A DNA stretch of 64,000 bases from Hyaloraphidium curvatum SAG 235-1 (lineage: Eukaryota; Fungi; Monoblepharomycota), in NCBI GenBank assembly GCA_025558095.1, contig JAIVFI010000029.1:62001-126000 (forward strand), read 5' to 3'. Under the pieces are notes generated by a model that did not search any database, was not told the origin of the DNA, and saw nothing but the letters and a program-made list of their open reading frames with translations. Within the stretch, counting starts at the first letter, position 1, and each line of letters opens with the position of its first letter. Below, one piece after another: positions 44,855 to 56,588 of this stretch. The position numbers and the translations under genes are program-made.

Positions 44855-46240
44855 ATGCGGCACCCGCCGCCCAACCTGCACTTTGTGCTCGACTTCGTGA
44901 CGTACTTCGGGCCCGACTGGAAGCGGTGCCCGGCGTTCACGTCGCTGCGCACGAAGCGCAAGCGGTTCACGGTGGCGCCGCAGACCGACTGGGAGTTCGA
45001 CCTCAAGTGCTGGCCGAACGGCAACGCGTCGTCGGGGCCCGGCAAGGTGTGCGTGGCGCTCGAGACGCTCGGCGAGGTGGCGGCGGCCGACGACGACGAC
45101 GACGAGGACGACCGGCGGCGGTCGCGCAAGCTGCCGTCCCTCAACCCCAATAATGCCAAGCCGCCCGGGAAGGTCGCCGCGGTGCCCGTGGCTTTTCTCT
45201 CGACCGTCGGCGACGCGTCGTGCGGCTGGAAGCTGAAGGACTTCACCGCCGACGACACGTCCGGCTGGTACGTCGTGGCCGAGCACAACCAGATCAGCGA
45301 CGTCGCCGGCCCCGACGCCACGTGCCTGCTGCAGATCCAGGCGTGGTTCAACCCGCCGGCTACCATGACCGCCACCATCGCCCCGGAAAACAGGCTCATG
45401 ACGGTGCGCAAGCACATCTGCTCGACCGCCGTGTCCTCCCTGCTCGACGACGCCAAGTCGGCCGACCTGATATTGGTCGTGCCCGGCACGCGCGGCCAGG
45501 ACGACTTCAAGATCCACCTGCACCGCCGCGTGCTGGCCGCCAAGTCGGGCTGGTTCCGCGCGCTCCTGCGCTCGGGCGAGCTGTCCGAGCCCGCGGACCT
45601 GGACCCCGACGCGGGCGGGGAGATCGCCAAGGCGCTCAAGGAGCACCCCGACCTGCCCTCGGACGCACCCGCCAACCCCTCGGGCGCCCCGCCTGCCCCC
45701 CGCGCGGAGCTTCCCCACACCGTCGCCCGCCCGCACGCCACCTCGCTCGACCCCGCCTCGCAGAAGTACAGGCTCACCATGACCCTGCCCTCGGGCTTCA
45801 CCGCCAACCACCTCCTCGAGGTGCTCTCGTACATCTACGCGTGCTGCTACTCCCTCCCCCCCACGCTCTCCATCACCTTCCTCATCTCCCTCCTCGACCT
45901 CGGCCACGCGCTCGACGTGCGCGGGCTGACGGACGTGGTCAAGTGGTACTTTGCCACGGTGATGGAGCACGGCCTGGTCAACGTGCACAACGTGTACCCG
46001 CTCTTCCTGTGCGCCAAGCGGCACGGGCTGGTCAAGCTGTCGGAAAAGTGCGCGCGGTTCATGGAGCAGAAGGACCGGGACGGCTGGGGCGAGGACGAGA
46101 TGGACTCGCTGGTCGAGGTGCTCACGGGGGCAATGAGCATCGACAAGGAGGGGGAGAAGAAGGTCAAGATCGAGGAGGGGGCGGACATGGAGGAGTTTGT
46201 GGGGCTGTCGAGGTCGCTGCGCGACAAGCTGGCGGTGTGA
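44855..46240 (+). CDS. MATH-like plus BTB/POZ domain protein
   Basis: WEFDLKCWPNG, SADLILVV, IHLHRRVLAAKSGWFRALL, LSYIY, LSEKCARFM. Confidence 0.8.
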   Translation: MRHPPPNLHFVLDFVTYFGPDWKRCPAFTSLRTKRKRFTVAPQTDWEFDLKCWPNGNASSGPGKVCVALETLGEVAAADDDDDEDDRRRSRKLPSLNPNNAKPPGKVAAVPVAFLSTVGDASCGWKLKDFTADDTSGWYVVAEHNQISDVAGPDATCLLQIQAWFNPPATMTATIAPENRLMTVRKHICSTAVSSLLDDAKSADLILVVPGTRGQDDFKIHLHRRVLAAKSGWFRALLRSGELSEPADLDPDAGGEIAKALKEHPDLPSDAPANPSGAPPAPRAELPHTVARPHATSLDPASQKYRLTMTLPSGFTANHLLEVLSYIYACCYSLPPTLSITFLISLLDLGHALDVRGLTDVVKWYFATVMEHGLVNVHNVYPLFLCAKRHGLVKLSEKCARFMEQKDRDGWGEDEMDSLVEVLTGAMSIDKEGEKKVKIEEGADMEEFVGLSRSLRDKLAV

Positions 46241-46901
46241 GGGGCGGATGGGGCGGCGGCCGGCGGCCGGCGGCCGGCGGAAAAGGACTCTTCGGGCGCG
46301 GGGCCGGCAGGCCCGCGGCGCGTGACCTTGTTGCGAACTGTACATGATCCAAAACCAGTAGACCTTCTTCACGTGTAAACCAATCGGTCTTCGTTTCGAT
46401 CGGAGAATGCCCGGATAATCAAGTCGGACTCGTGAACAGCAAGATGTTGTTACTCCCGGAGTTCACGGGCCCATGAACTGTTTCCCTGCCCGTACTGACG
46501 GCCACGGTCTAGCCCATATCGGAACGGTCTAGACCCATATCGGAAGCCTCGGCGAATCCTAGAAGCCGGGGCATTCCTCTGTGTCGGGCCACGAGCCTTG
46601 ATCGGGCGATGTGGAACCGCCGCAGCGCGATGGATGGTTACGGATTGTCCTGGCTTCCTAGCAGGCTGCTTTGTTGATGGAGCACGACGTGGAGCAGGAG
46701 CGGCCACCCGACCCGGCAATGCTGCAATCGACCGCTCGCGCAGGCGATGCGTGCACGTCCTGCCTTTGCAACCCTCATTACCACTGCAATATCAGCACGT
46801 TGGATCGGTCGGATTGGATTGCCCGATCCTTCGGGTCGGGATGCGGGGTCGTCGAGATTGTGGGGCATTGCATCACCGGCCAACGCGCCTTCCGCGGACC
46901 G

Positions 46902-49108
46902 ATGGGCGACCGGGCGGCGGTCGGGGCGTGCCTGGGCTGCACGCGGCGCAAACGGCGGTGCGAACGGCGGGCGCGGGACGGGGGCGCGTGCCGGCGGTGC
47001 AAGAAGAACGGGGTTCCCTGCGAGCCGGTGCCGCCCGGCGGGCCGTCGCGGCGCGAACGCGAGAGGCAGCAGCGGCAGGAGCGGCTGAGAGACGGCGGCG
47101 GCAGCGAGGACGACGATGGCGGCGAGGGCACGGGGAGCGGCAGCAGGGGAGGCTCGTCGGGCGCGTTGTCGTCGGGCGGTGCCGCGACCACAGGCCGTGC
47201 TCCAGGATCCGCGGGCGGCTCCGATGCGGCCCCGCCGGCCATTTCCCAGAGCTACGGACAGTATTCCACGATCGGGCACCCGGATTCGGGGCAGGCGGGA
47301 GGCATGCCGGGGTTGCCGGCGTGGCAACCAGTCCGGGCGGTCGGGCGCCCGGTTCTGGCCGGGCCCGTGGCGCCCATGATCGGGGGCAGCGAGCTGCTTT
47401 TTGCCGCCATCGACACATTCTGGCAGACCTGCAACGTCACCCGCCCGTTCGTTCACCGGTTCACATTTGAGGGCGCCTTTTTGGGCGCATCTGCTGCTTC
47501 TTCGGTCTATGGGAAACACAGACCGATGGCTCTCCTATTCGCCATGGCAGCATTCGGCGCGATCGCCCTGGACAGCCCCGGTTTCGATCGGCAGATGAAG
47601 CTTGCCGCCTCCAAGGCCTTTGCCCTGCGCGCGCGGGACATCCTCCTCGCGGGCTTCTTTGGCCGCGACGGCTCCCGCACGGTCACCGAACTTGAGGCCG
47701 CGCAGGCTACCCTGCTCTTGCACATCATTCTGGTCGTGGAGCTCGAGCCCGACAGCAGCAGGGGATTGTTCGAGCGCAGTTTGTCGCTCGTTGTCTCGCT
47801 GTACCGGGGCCTGCTGGACTCTGGCGCGGCTGCCGCCCCGCCGAACCACGAATCGTGGATCAGGACTGAGATGATCATCCGCCTCCTGATCATTGCAACG
47901 GGCACGGATGCGGGCCTGGCGCTCTTTTCGAAGCGACACAGATACGTACCGGACTCGGCGTTCGGCGGGCGGCTCCTTCTCCCCGCCCACGATACCCTCT
48001 TCCTCCTGCCTTCGGAAACCGCGTTGCACGTGCTCCAGCGCGCGCGCGCCCACGAAACCCAGCCGGACGTCGCCGACCTGGCGGCCTCGATCGACATGGC
48101 CAACGTCAAGCTGGCCCGGACCTCCCCTGAGTCGGCACGGCAGATGGTGCGCGAGTGCGTCGCGCCTATCTTCGATGGCCGCGGCAGCCTGCTCGGCACA
48201 CACTTCCTCGCGCTCTACGTGTTCGACGCCCGCAAGCGCATGCACACCTTTGCCAAGACCCGCGAGATCGACCCGCGGACCGTCGCCTTCCAGCCCCCCG
48301 AGCTGGACTCGCCCAACGAGGCCGAGTACCGTCTCCGCGCATCGGCCGTGGAAGCCCTGGCCGACGAGCTCCCCCGCGCCCTGCCCGCCGAGCTTTCCGC
48401 GGCGATGGCCGCCGGCGACCCGGCGCCGCTGCTCGCCGCCGCGGACATGTACTTCCCCGACCGCACGCACGCGCTCAGCTTCCTCGACTCGTACGCCGTC
48501 GTCCTCGGGCTGTGCATCGGGAGCCACCTCATCAGCCCTCCCGGCGCCCCAACTCCCCCGCTCACCCAGCGCGAGGCATCCTTCCTGTGCAGCAACCCCG
48601 CCTTCCTCTCCACCGTCTCCCTCGCATCCTCCACCGCCCGCCTCATGCACGCCATGCGCCGCGCGGACCCGCAGCTGAGAGTTTCCGCGGAGACGGTGGT
48701 GCTGACGGCCACCTTTGTCGCGGGCGTGCAGATCGCCGCGGCGAGGGTGTTCGCGGCGGCGGGGGTGCCCGCGGCGGCGGGGTGGGCGGGGGAGGCGCTG
48801 CGGACGGCGGATTGGATGGTTGCGTACGAGGCGACGAGGTTCAGGAACGCGGGTGGGTCGCCTTCCCGTCGCCTCGCGGCCGCTCGGCTTGCTGACGCGG
48901 TTCCGCTCCGTTTGCAGCGCAAACCTTCGCGCCGCAGTTCAAGCTCGCCGTGCAGGCGGCGCTCGCCGCCGTGCCGCCCCCCATGCACGTTCACGCGGCG
49001 GTGTCGGAGGGGCTGGGGTCGGGGGCGATGGGGGACGCGGTGTTTGCGGGGGAGAGGGCGCTGGCGGACATGCTTTCCGTGACGATGGAGGCCAGCCCCG
49101 CGGGGTGA
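46902..49108 (+). CDS. Zn(II)2Cys6 fungal transcription factor
   Basis: ACLGCTRRKRRCERR...ACRRCKKNGVPC plus a Fungal_trans-like region (PFVHRFTF, LEAAQA). Last intron near 48853-48917. Confidence 0.85.
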
Positions 49109-49439
49109 GGGACGGGTGGAGGCGGGGTATGGGATGGGGGCTATGGGGAGGGTGGTACTGCTCATCTATTGAGCCAGAGTGGGCATGTGTGGGAAGCTGC
49201 ATTAGGAGACTGTGTGGATGCGAGAGAGGCTTTGGGCATCGGCCGCATTGCTCCACGCCTCGATCGACTTCGAGGCCTTTCGGCGTCGTTTCCTCTCCTT
49301 AGCCTCGGCAGAGCACGTGCTGGTCCTGCCGGACCTCACCTGTCCGGGCCGCGGCGATCGCGGAATCGCGGACCCGAAAGCGTGGAACCCCATCCGATCA
49401 GAAGCGTGGAACCCCTTCAAAATCGCACACTTCCCGCGG

Positions 49440-50994
49440 ATGGACCCGCACGCCGCAGACGCCCCACAACTTGAGGTTCCGATGAAGCCGTTCGAGCTTT
49501 CCGGACGAGAGCTCCTCGCGCTCTTCCCCGCCGCGCCGGAGCGCCAGTTCGGGCTCGAAGCGGACAACACTGTTGACGATGCTCTCGCGGAACGCGCTCG
49601 CGAGGCAGAGCCCCTTACCGCCACCGCCTTTCGTGCCGCCATCCCGCCGCGTTCGCACCTGCGCGGCGTGCTGGCCTTCGAGCTGCGCAACGCCAAAGTC
49701 TTCGGATATGCAAATGCCCTTGGTCTCCGTCGCCTTCATGACGGCCCTCGCGCTTCTGGCAGCGGACTACGTATTTGGAAGCGGCAGGTTCTCGAAGAGG
49801 AACCTCGTCGCAGCGACGGTTGCCCAGGCCATACACGCCGCCGTCGTCATCTCGTTGCCCGTCCTGCAGCACGGCAAAAGCCTACGGGCCGCATTTGAGG
49901 GCAAGGCCACCGTGGGCAAGAAATCTTGGGAGGACCACAAGGAGCTGCCCGGCAAGGAGCGGACGTTCGACGGCCACTACTTTGCCGGCCTGGCGAGGTG
50001 GAACATGCTCGTGGAATCCGAGGGTGCACCAGCGGGCGATGACACTGAGAAGAGGGCCACAATGGACACGAAACAATCCCGCCTGATCGCACACCTGCCT
50101 GCGGATCCGTTCTGTCCATGCCCGGACTGCACTGACAAGGATATTGCGTTTGTTTTGTGGCGGGGTATGCCGATTTCCATTCTGTTCGGGGTTGGCGACC
50201 TCCTCGTCACAATCGCCTTCGCTTGGACGGCTATCGTCACTCTGGGAGCTTTCACCTGGAACACAGGCTGGTCCCTGTTCCTCGCCATTCTCTTCGTGGT
50301 CAGCTGCGCCCTCTACTACCCGATGGTCGAGCTCAGAAGGGCCCAGTTGTTCCTTGGTCGCTTTCAGCAGCTTGCGCACAGGGTCAGGCACAGGGCCGTG
50401 TACCTGGTCCTCTCGGACTTCCTCGCACGCTGCCGTGCCGGCGCCCTAGCGCCGCAGCAGGACCCCCCGGAAGCGGAGGAACCATATGCCCGGCTGCACG
50501 CAGACCTAATTCGTGCTTGGACTTCCCAGCACGCGGACCTTTCCAACATGTGGTTCCTGCTTATTTTGTTGGGCACCGCGACCCTGGCCGGCATCGTTAC
50601 CGCGGCCGTGGGCGGTTGCATCGCGGCCTGGATTCCTCTCCTCTTTGGGGTTTACAGCATGTGGCTCATCACCGCGATGCTGCTCGTTTCCGCGGGCAAC
50701 GCGCAGATCAGCGACGTCGCGAAGCTGTACGCGGAAGCAAGGATGGCTCTGAGGCGGATGATCGTATCGGGGCGGTACCGCGCCTCCGAGAGCGAGCTGC
50801 AGAAGCACGAAGCGCAGCTGGCGCTCTTCGGGGAGCTCGACCATGTAAGAGGGAGGTGGATGGGGTTCACCGTGGACTACGGGACCACCAGGGCCCTAGC
50901 CATCGCCGCGTTCACGGTCGCGCTGGGGTTGTGGACGCTGCTGCGCGGGGCGGGGATCTCGTTCGTCATGGATAACGTGTGTCCGGGGCCCTAG
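49440..50994 (+). CDS. Gustatory-receptor-like membrane protein (paralog 2), +1 frameshift near 49713
   Basis: Closely similar to 54945-56501. One extra A in gca-a-atg splits ELRNAKVFGYA/MPLVSVAF. Confidence 0.75.
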
Positions 50995-51245
50995 GGCGCG
51001 GAGCGACTCGGCGAAGAGTCGTTGTGCATCGCAAAGCAGGGCAAAAGCGTGACAGGCCCAAATCGGGAGAAGCATGGATTGTCCTCTTTGGACGAAAGGG
51101 AGAAGAGGACGACAATAGGGAACACGTCAGTTTCCCGAGGCAGCTGGTAGAAACCGCTCGACGCAGGACGACGCGGGGTGCAGAGCCGGACCGATCTCAC
51201 TGATCCCGATCGGGCACGTGGATCCCGCGCCGTGTCCCCCACGCC

Positions 51246-52693
51246 ATGGCCCTCCTCTTCGCGCAGCTCGGCGACCCGCAGCTCGGCCTCGGCGCCGACG
51301 GCCTCGCGCGGGACCGCGAGCGGTTCGCGTGGGCGCTCCGCGACGCGCGGGAGAGGGGATGCGCGTTCGCGGTCGCGGTCGGCGATTTGACCAACGACGC
51401 GAAGCCGGAGCAGGTCGAGGCGTACAGGGCGGTCGCGGAGGAGGCGCTGGGCGTCGACGCGGAGGGCAGGCTGGGGATGGACGTGTACAATGTGGCCGGT
51501 GGGCAATCGGTCGACGCGTCGACGCGTTGCTGCTGCGAGGAGCCTAATTCCTTCTCTGCCAACTCGCAAACTGCTGCTGATTCCGGCATGGCGGGTCGGA
51601 TCTGCAGGCAACCATGATATGCAGAGCTCAATGGGCCTCGCCAACTTCATCTCCAGCTACCTCGCGCCCCCCTTCCCCCCGTTCCCGGAGTCGCACTTTT
51701 GCTTCTCGCCCCCCGGGACCGACTCGCTCTTCCTCGTCCTCAACACCGTCGTCCTGACCTCCTCGGTGCCGGACCTCCAGGATGCCCGGCGTAAACACTG
51801 GGAATGGCTCCGCACCACCTTGCCTGCGGCCAAGGGGAAGACGGTCGTCGTATGCGGTCACCACCCCTTGTTCTGCCTCGACGAGGGCGAATCGGACACC
51901 AACGAGGCTCCGGTGTCGGACAAGCTGAGGGGGTTCATTCGGGGGTTCGCTGGGTTCCAAGGGGAGGAGGATGCGGTGGATAGGGCGGCGATGGATGTAG
52001 GTTGCCTGGGGATGGCAAGCTTCGGGAGCTCACTGGTTCGGCGCCAGATGCAAATGATCACCGTGCCGACCAAGGAGCGGTCGGAGTTGATTGAACTGGT
52101 GGGCACGACATGAACACATCGGCTCATCTGGACGTGATCCTGACGTTGGTGTAGTTCAAGGCGGCCGGCGTCAAGCACTACCTTGTGAGCCGTGTCGCGC
52201 TTTGCGAGGCCCATCCCGTCGCTGACGCTGCTTCCTTCCAGTTCGGTCACACACACACGCGATTCGAAGTGCCGGCTTCGTGAGCACCAAGAAAGGGCGT
52301 CGTCGTTCTCTTCTTGATTCGTTCTCCTCTTTCCAGCGACGGCTCCTTCGTCCAGTACAGCGCGAGCGGGACGAGCATGGTACTCCCCCCTTCCCTCTCC
52401 CCAGATAGCGTTGCCCTCACCTTCCCCTCCCGTCGCAGTCCCTCGACTTCCCCCAGCACCGCCTCAACTACCGCCTCTGGACCGGGCACCCCCCTTCCAT
52501 CCCCGGCGATCCATGGCGCCTCGAGAGCGAGCTCGTCTACTTACCCGAGGACATGTGCCCGCCGACGATCCCGAACGAACAGATCGAGAAGATGGGGGCG
52601 AGGCCAGTGCCGTCGGACGGGAGGAAGGTGAAGCCGGGGAGGGAGTTTTTGACGAGGATAGAGGAGAGGAGGAGGGAGATACTGGGGAGCTAG
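51246..52693 (+). CDS. Calcineurin-like metallophosphoesterase (CPPED1-like), multi-exon
   Basis: QLGDPQLG, VGDLTN, VA|GNHD, CGHHP, FGHTH. Confidence 0.8.
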
Positions 52694-52790
52694 CGGAAGA
52701 TCCCGATCGCTGTTGGATTCTGTTCCCATTTCGCCACATAGAGCACATGAAAGCCAAAGCACAAGGTCACTCCGGGCGCAGTAGTCGCCT

Positions 52791-54312
52791 TCACGCCTCT
52801 GCCCTCCTGCCGACCCTCGCATCCCGCCTCCTTCTGAACCTCCTCAGCGCCTCCTCCCCAACCAACTTCTCCTCCCACTCCTTCCCCCTTTTGGCCAAGT
52901 CCACCAGCAGCGCCGCGAAATCGAACGCCAGGTTCGCCGCGGTGATCTGCGTCACCTCCCCCGGCCCGTCGTACGCGGGCGACACCTCGACGAGGTCCGC
53001 GGCGACGATGGGAAGGCCGCGGAGGAGACGGACGAGGTCCTGGACCTCGCGGGTGAGAAGGCCGCCGGGCTCTGGCGTGCCCGTCGCGGGGGCTTCGCCC
53101 GGGTTCTGCAAACGAGGCAAGGCGATAAGCGTATCAATCCGAGAAGGCACGAAATACCCACGATCACGTCGATGTCCAAGCTCAGGTAGATCGGCGTGTC
53201 CTCGCCCACGATCTCCCTGATCTTGGCGGCCGCGGCCTCGGTGCCGTTCTTCCAGATCTCGTACCAGGTCAGGATGTGCCAGCCGTACGATTCGTCCTCG
53301 CGTATGTCCTTTTCGTCGACCCCCCTTCGCGACCTCGCCTCAGCCCCGCCTTACTCGCACGGAAGCCGGAGAAACGCACCAGTATCTCGTCCTGATCCCC
53401 ACGTGCACGTTCTTCCCGTGTGCCGTCAGCCCCTCCTTGTGCGCGTGGTAGAACATGCTCCCGTGGTACCACCGCTCCCCCTCGGGCGCGCTCGCGGGCG
53501 GGGCCCAGCTGTCGATGTGGCTGTCGAAGTGAATCACGGCGACGGGGCGGCCGTAGGCTTCGCGGAGGGCGCGGAGGACGGCTGCGAAATGACGGCGGTG
53601 AGCGGGTTGGAGCAGAGGAAGCAGGGCGGCGGAGGCCTACGGAGGGTGATGGCGTGGTCGCCGCCGAGGACGACGATCTTGGGGATCGTGATGAGCGAGG
53701 GTGTTGCGGCGTGCCTGTGGATCAGGCTCCTGTATCCCCTCGTCATCTGGTCTGCAAGCCGGCGGTATCATATCAGTCTCCGACCGACACCCACGCGCGT
53801 TCCGCCCAACCAAACGCGATCGGCGTCGAGTAGGGCGACACGGGGATGTCCCCGCAGTCCACGATCCTGAGCCCCTCCCTGAACGGGTTGAATCCCCACG
53901 CGACGTCGTACGCGTTGACCTCCTGGATCCGCCTGCTGCCCTGGCGGATCCCGTTGGGCCCGAACCTCGCCCCGGGCCGGTAACTGACCGCAATATCATA
54001 CGGAATGCCTATGACAGCGATGTCGTAAAGGGCGAGGTGCCCGTCGCGGAGGCAGTTTTCCAAGGGGAGATGGGCAAAGGTCGCGATGCCATTGTAGGTC
54101 TGGCGGCGGGGGTTGAGGATGTCGTTGTTGTCGTCCGCGGCGAGGAGGTCGTCGTCGGGAGCGTGGCCAGTGTGGGGGATTTCGGCGGCCCAGCCCGGTT
54201 CGGGGGCGGGGACGGCGACGGGTTCCTGTTCTGCGTCGCCGGCGGGACGCGCGAGGGCGGGGCCGCAGAGCGCCGCGAGACCGAGCACGGCCAGGATCGC
54301 AAGACGCGTCAT
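52791..54312 (-). CDS. Agmatinase (ureohydrolase family) with signal peptide, multi-exon
   Basis: GIPYD-x3-SYRPGARFGP, DCGD, LGGDH, IHFDSHIDSW, SLDIDV, APATGTPEPGG, DLVEVSP. Confidence 0.92.
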
Positions 54313-54944
54313 GATTAAAGCACTTGACGTGTCGATGGAGCGCTCTGGCTCTGATAGGAGCCTGTACCGGGCGGGATCGCGGAAGATTGTACGTCGTCGG
54401 GCCGTCGCGATCGGGACGATCGGACGTGGTACAGTATCTTGGCTTGTGTGGTGGTCCGGGACACGAGGGCATTTGCATAGCCTTCAGGATCGCCCGGGCG
54501 TGCTTCAGCTTGAGTCCAGCTTATCGAGATCTGCCACTGTCACGTCAAACGGCCAACAGCGCGGACGGAAGCAGTTTTCGCGACCACACCGCAACGCCTC
54601 CTCTGACGCAACCATACAGGCATGCCTTTCAAGGAGCCTTTCGTTGAGAATGGTCTCTCTTCAAGAACATGGACTGCTTCAAACATGGCGGATGTCTATC
54701 TCGAGTTTCTCGTGGGAGGCAGCACCTACCTTCTTCTGCTCGATCGGCCTGGGTTTGTCCTCAGACTCCACGGCTGAATCCGATGGACATCTTTCGCTTC
54801 TGCCGAATGGAGAGACACACAGAAGTGTAGCCTTCGGTGCGCCGCCGGAGCGCGACTTGAGATCCCGCAGCAGGACGACCTGGAGACGACCTGACTGATC
54901 CGCAGACCTTTCCTTCAAGAATACCCCACCCACGCATTCCCGCC

Positions 54945-56501
54945 ATGGACCCGCACGCCGCAAATGGCTCTCGAGACGTTCCCATGAGGCCGTTCGAGCT
55001 TTCTGGGAGGGAGCTTCTCGCGCTTTTTCCGTCCGCGCCGGAACGCCAGTTCGGCCTCGCAGGGGACACCGCCGACGGCGAAGGCGACCCCGCCCAGCGC
55101 GCTCGCGAGGCCGAGCCTTTGACCGCGACTACGTTTCTCGCCGCCATTCCGCCGCGGTCGCTTCTGCGCGGCGTGCTGGCATTCGAGTTGCGCAGCGCCG
55201 CGTTTCTGCGCTTCGTCCTGCCGTTCGTCTCCCTCGCGTTTGCAACCGCACTCGCGCTGCTCGCCGTGGACTACGTTTTTGGAGGTGCTGGGTTCGCGCC
55301 GAGGAATCTTGTCGCCGCGACGGTTGCCCAGATCATTCACGGCATCCTTGTCATATTGGTGCCGTTCGTGCAGTACGGCAAGAGCTTGCAGGTCACCTTT
55401 GCGGGCAACGCAACCCCGGGTAAAAGGTACTGGGAGGAGCGGAATGAGTTGGCGGACAGCAAGGAAAGGACTTTTGACGGCCACTTCTTCGCCGGCCTGG
55501 CAAGGTGGAACATGCTCGTGGCCTTGGATGGTCAAACGGTTGGCGACGACGCGGAGAAAGGGGCCACGAAGGGCACTGACCGATCACGGCTGATTGTACA
55601 CCTGCCTTCGGATCCGCTCTGCCCTTGCCCGGACTGTGCCGACAAGGAGGTTTCGTTGGCATTGTTGCGACGGATGCCTTTTTCCATCCTGTTTGGGTTA
55701 AGCGACCTTGTGATCCTGATTGCCTTTGCTTGGACGGCCCTCGTCACTCTGGGGTCTCACACGTGGAGCACGGGCTGGTCCCTGTTCCTCGCCATCATCC
55801 TGGTTGTCACCTCTGCCGTATACTACCCCATGGTCGAACTCAGGAGGTCCACCGTGCTCCTAGGCCGCTTCCAGAATCTTGCGCGCAGAGTCCGGCACAG
55901 GGCCGTGTATCTGGCTCTCTCGGACTTTCTTGCGCGCTGCCGCGCCGGCGCCCTCGGGGGGCCGCAGGATCCCGCGGAAGCGGAGGAACCTTACTCCCGA
56001 CTGCATGCAGACCTGGTGCGCGCGTGGGCGACACAACACGTCGATCTGTCCAACATGTGGTTCCTTATGGTCTTTTGCGGCACCGCCACCCTCGCCGGCA
56101 TCGTCAACACGGCCGTGGGCGGCTGCGTTCCCGCCTGGATCCTGCTTACCTTTTTCGGTTACGGCCAGTACTTCGTGGCCTGCATGCTCCTCGTGTCCGC
56201 GGGGAACGCCCAGATCAGCGACGTCGCGAAGCTGTACGCGGAAGCAAGGATGCAGCTGAGGCGGATGATCGTGTCGGGGCGGTACCGCGCCTCCGAGGAC
56301 GCCCTTCAGAAGCACGAAGCGCAACTCGCACTCTTCGGGGAGCTCGACCACGTGAGGGGGAGGTGGATGGGGTTCACGGTGGACTACGGGACCACCAGGG
56401 CGCTCGCGATCGCGGCATTCACGGTCGCCCTCGGGCTGTGGACGCTGCTGCGCGGTGCCGGAATCTCGTTCGTCATGGACAACGTTTGTCCGGGGGCCTA
56501 G
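54945..56501 (+). CDS. Gustatory-receptor-like membrane protein (paralog 3, intact)
   Basis: 518-aa intronless ORF with HLPSDPLCPCPDC, multiple TM segments and C-terminal WMGFTVDYGTTRALAIAAFTVALGLWTLLR. Confidence 0.8.
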   Translation: MDPHAANGSRDVPMRPFELSGRELLALFPSAPERQFGLAGDTADGEGDPAQRAREAEPLTATTFLAAIPPRSLLRGVLAFELRSAAFLRFVLPFVSLAFATALALLAVDYVFGGAGFAPRNLVAATVAQIIHGILVILVPFVQYGKSLQVTFAGNATPGKRYWEERNELADSKERTFDGHFFAGLARWNMLVALDGQTVGDDAEKGATKGTDRSRLIVHLPSDPLCPCPDCADKEVSLALLRRMPFSILFGLSDLVILIAFAWTALVTLGSHTWSTGWSLFLAIILVVTSAVYYPMVELRRSTVLLGRFQNLARRVRHRAVYLALSDFLARCRAGALGGPQDPAEAEEPYSRLHADLVRAWATQHVDLSNMWFLMVFCGTATLAGIVNTAVGGCVPAWILLTFFGYGQYFVACMLLVSAGNAQISDVAKLYAEARMQLRRMIVSGRYRASEDALQKHEAQLALFGELDHVRGRWMGFTVDYGTTRALAIAAFTVALGLWTLLRGAGISFVMDNVCPGA

Positions 56502-56588
56502 TGCAAACTTGATTCTTGTATACCGCTGCAAAGTTCATCTAAGTGTCCTCAAAGTTGCTGCAGAACCAGGCTCGTTGCTTCCGCACCC

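Noticed and set aside
46504-46545. About 21-bp tandem duplication, with similar micro-duplications at 59182-59212 and 49377-49415
   Set aside because: Short local slippage repeats with no further structure.
52791-54312. Signal peptide on agmatinase as a novelty
   Set aside because: Fungal agmatinase-family proteins commonly carry N-terminal signal sequences.
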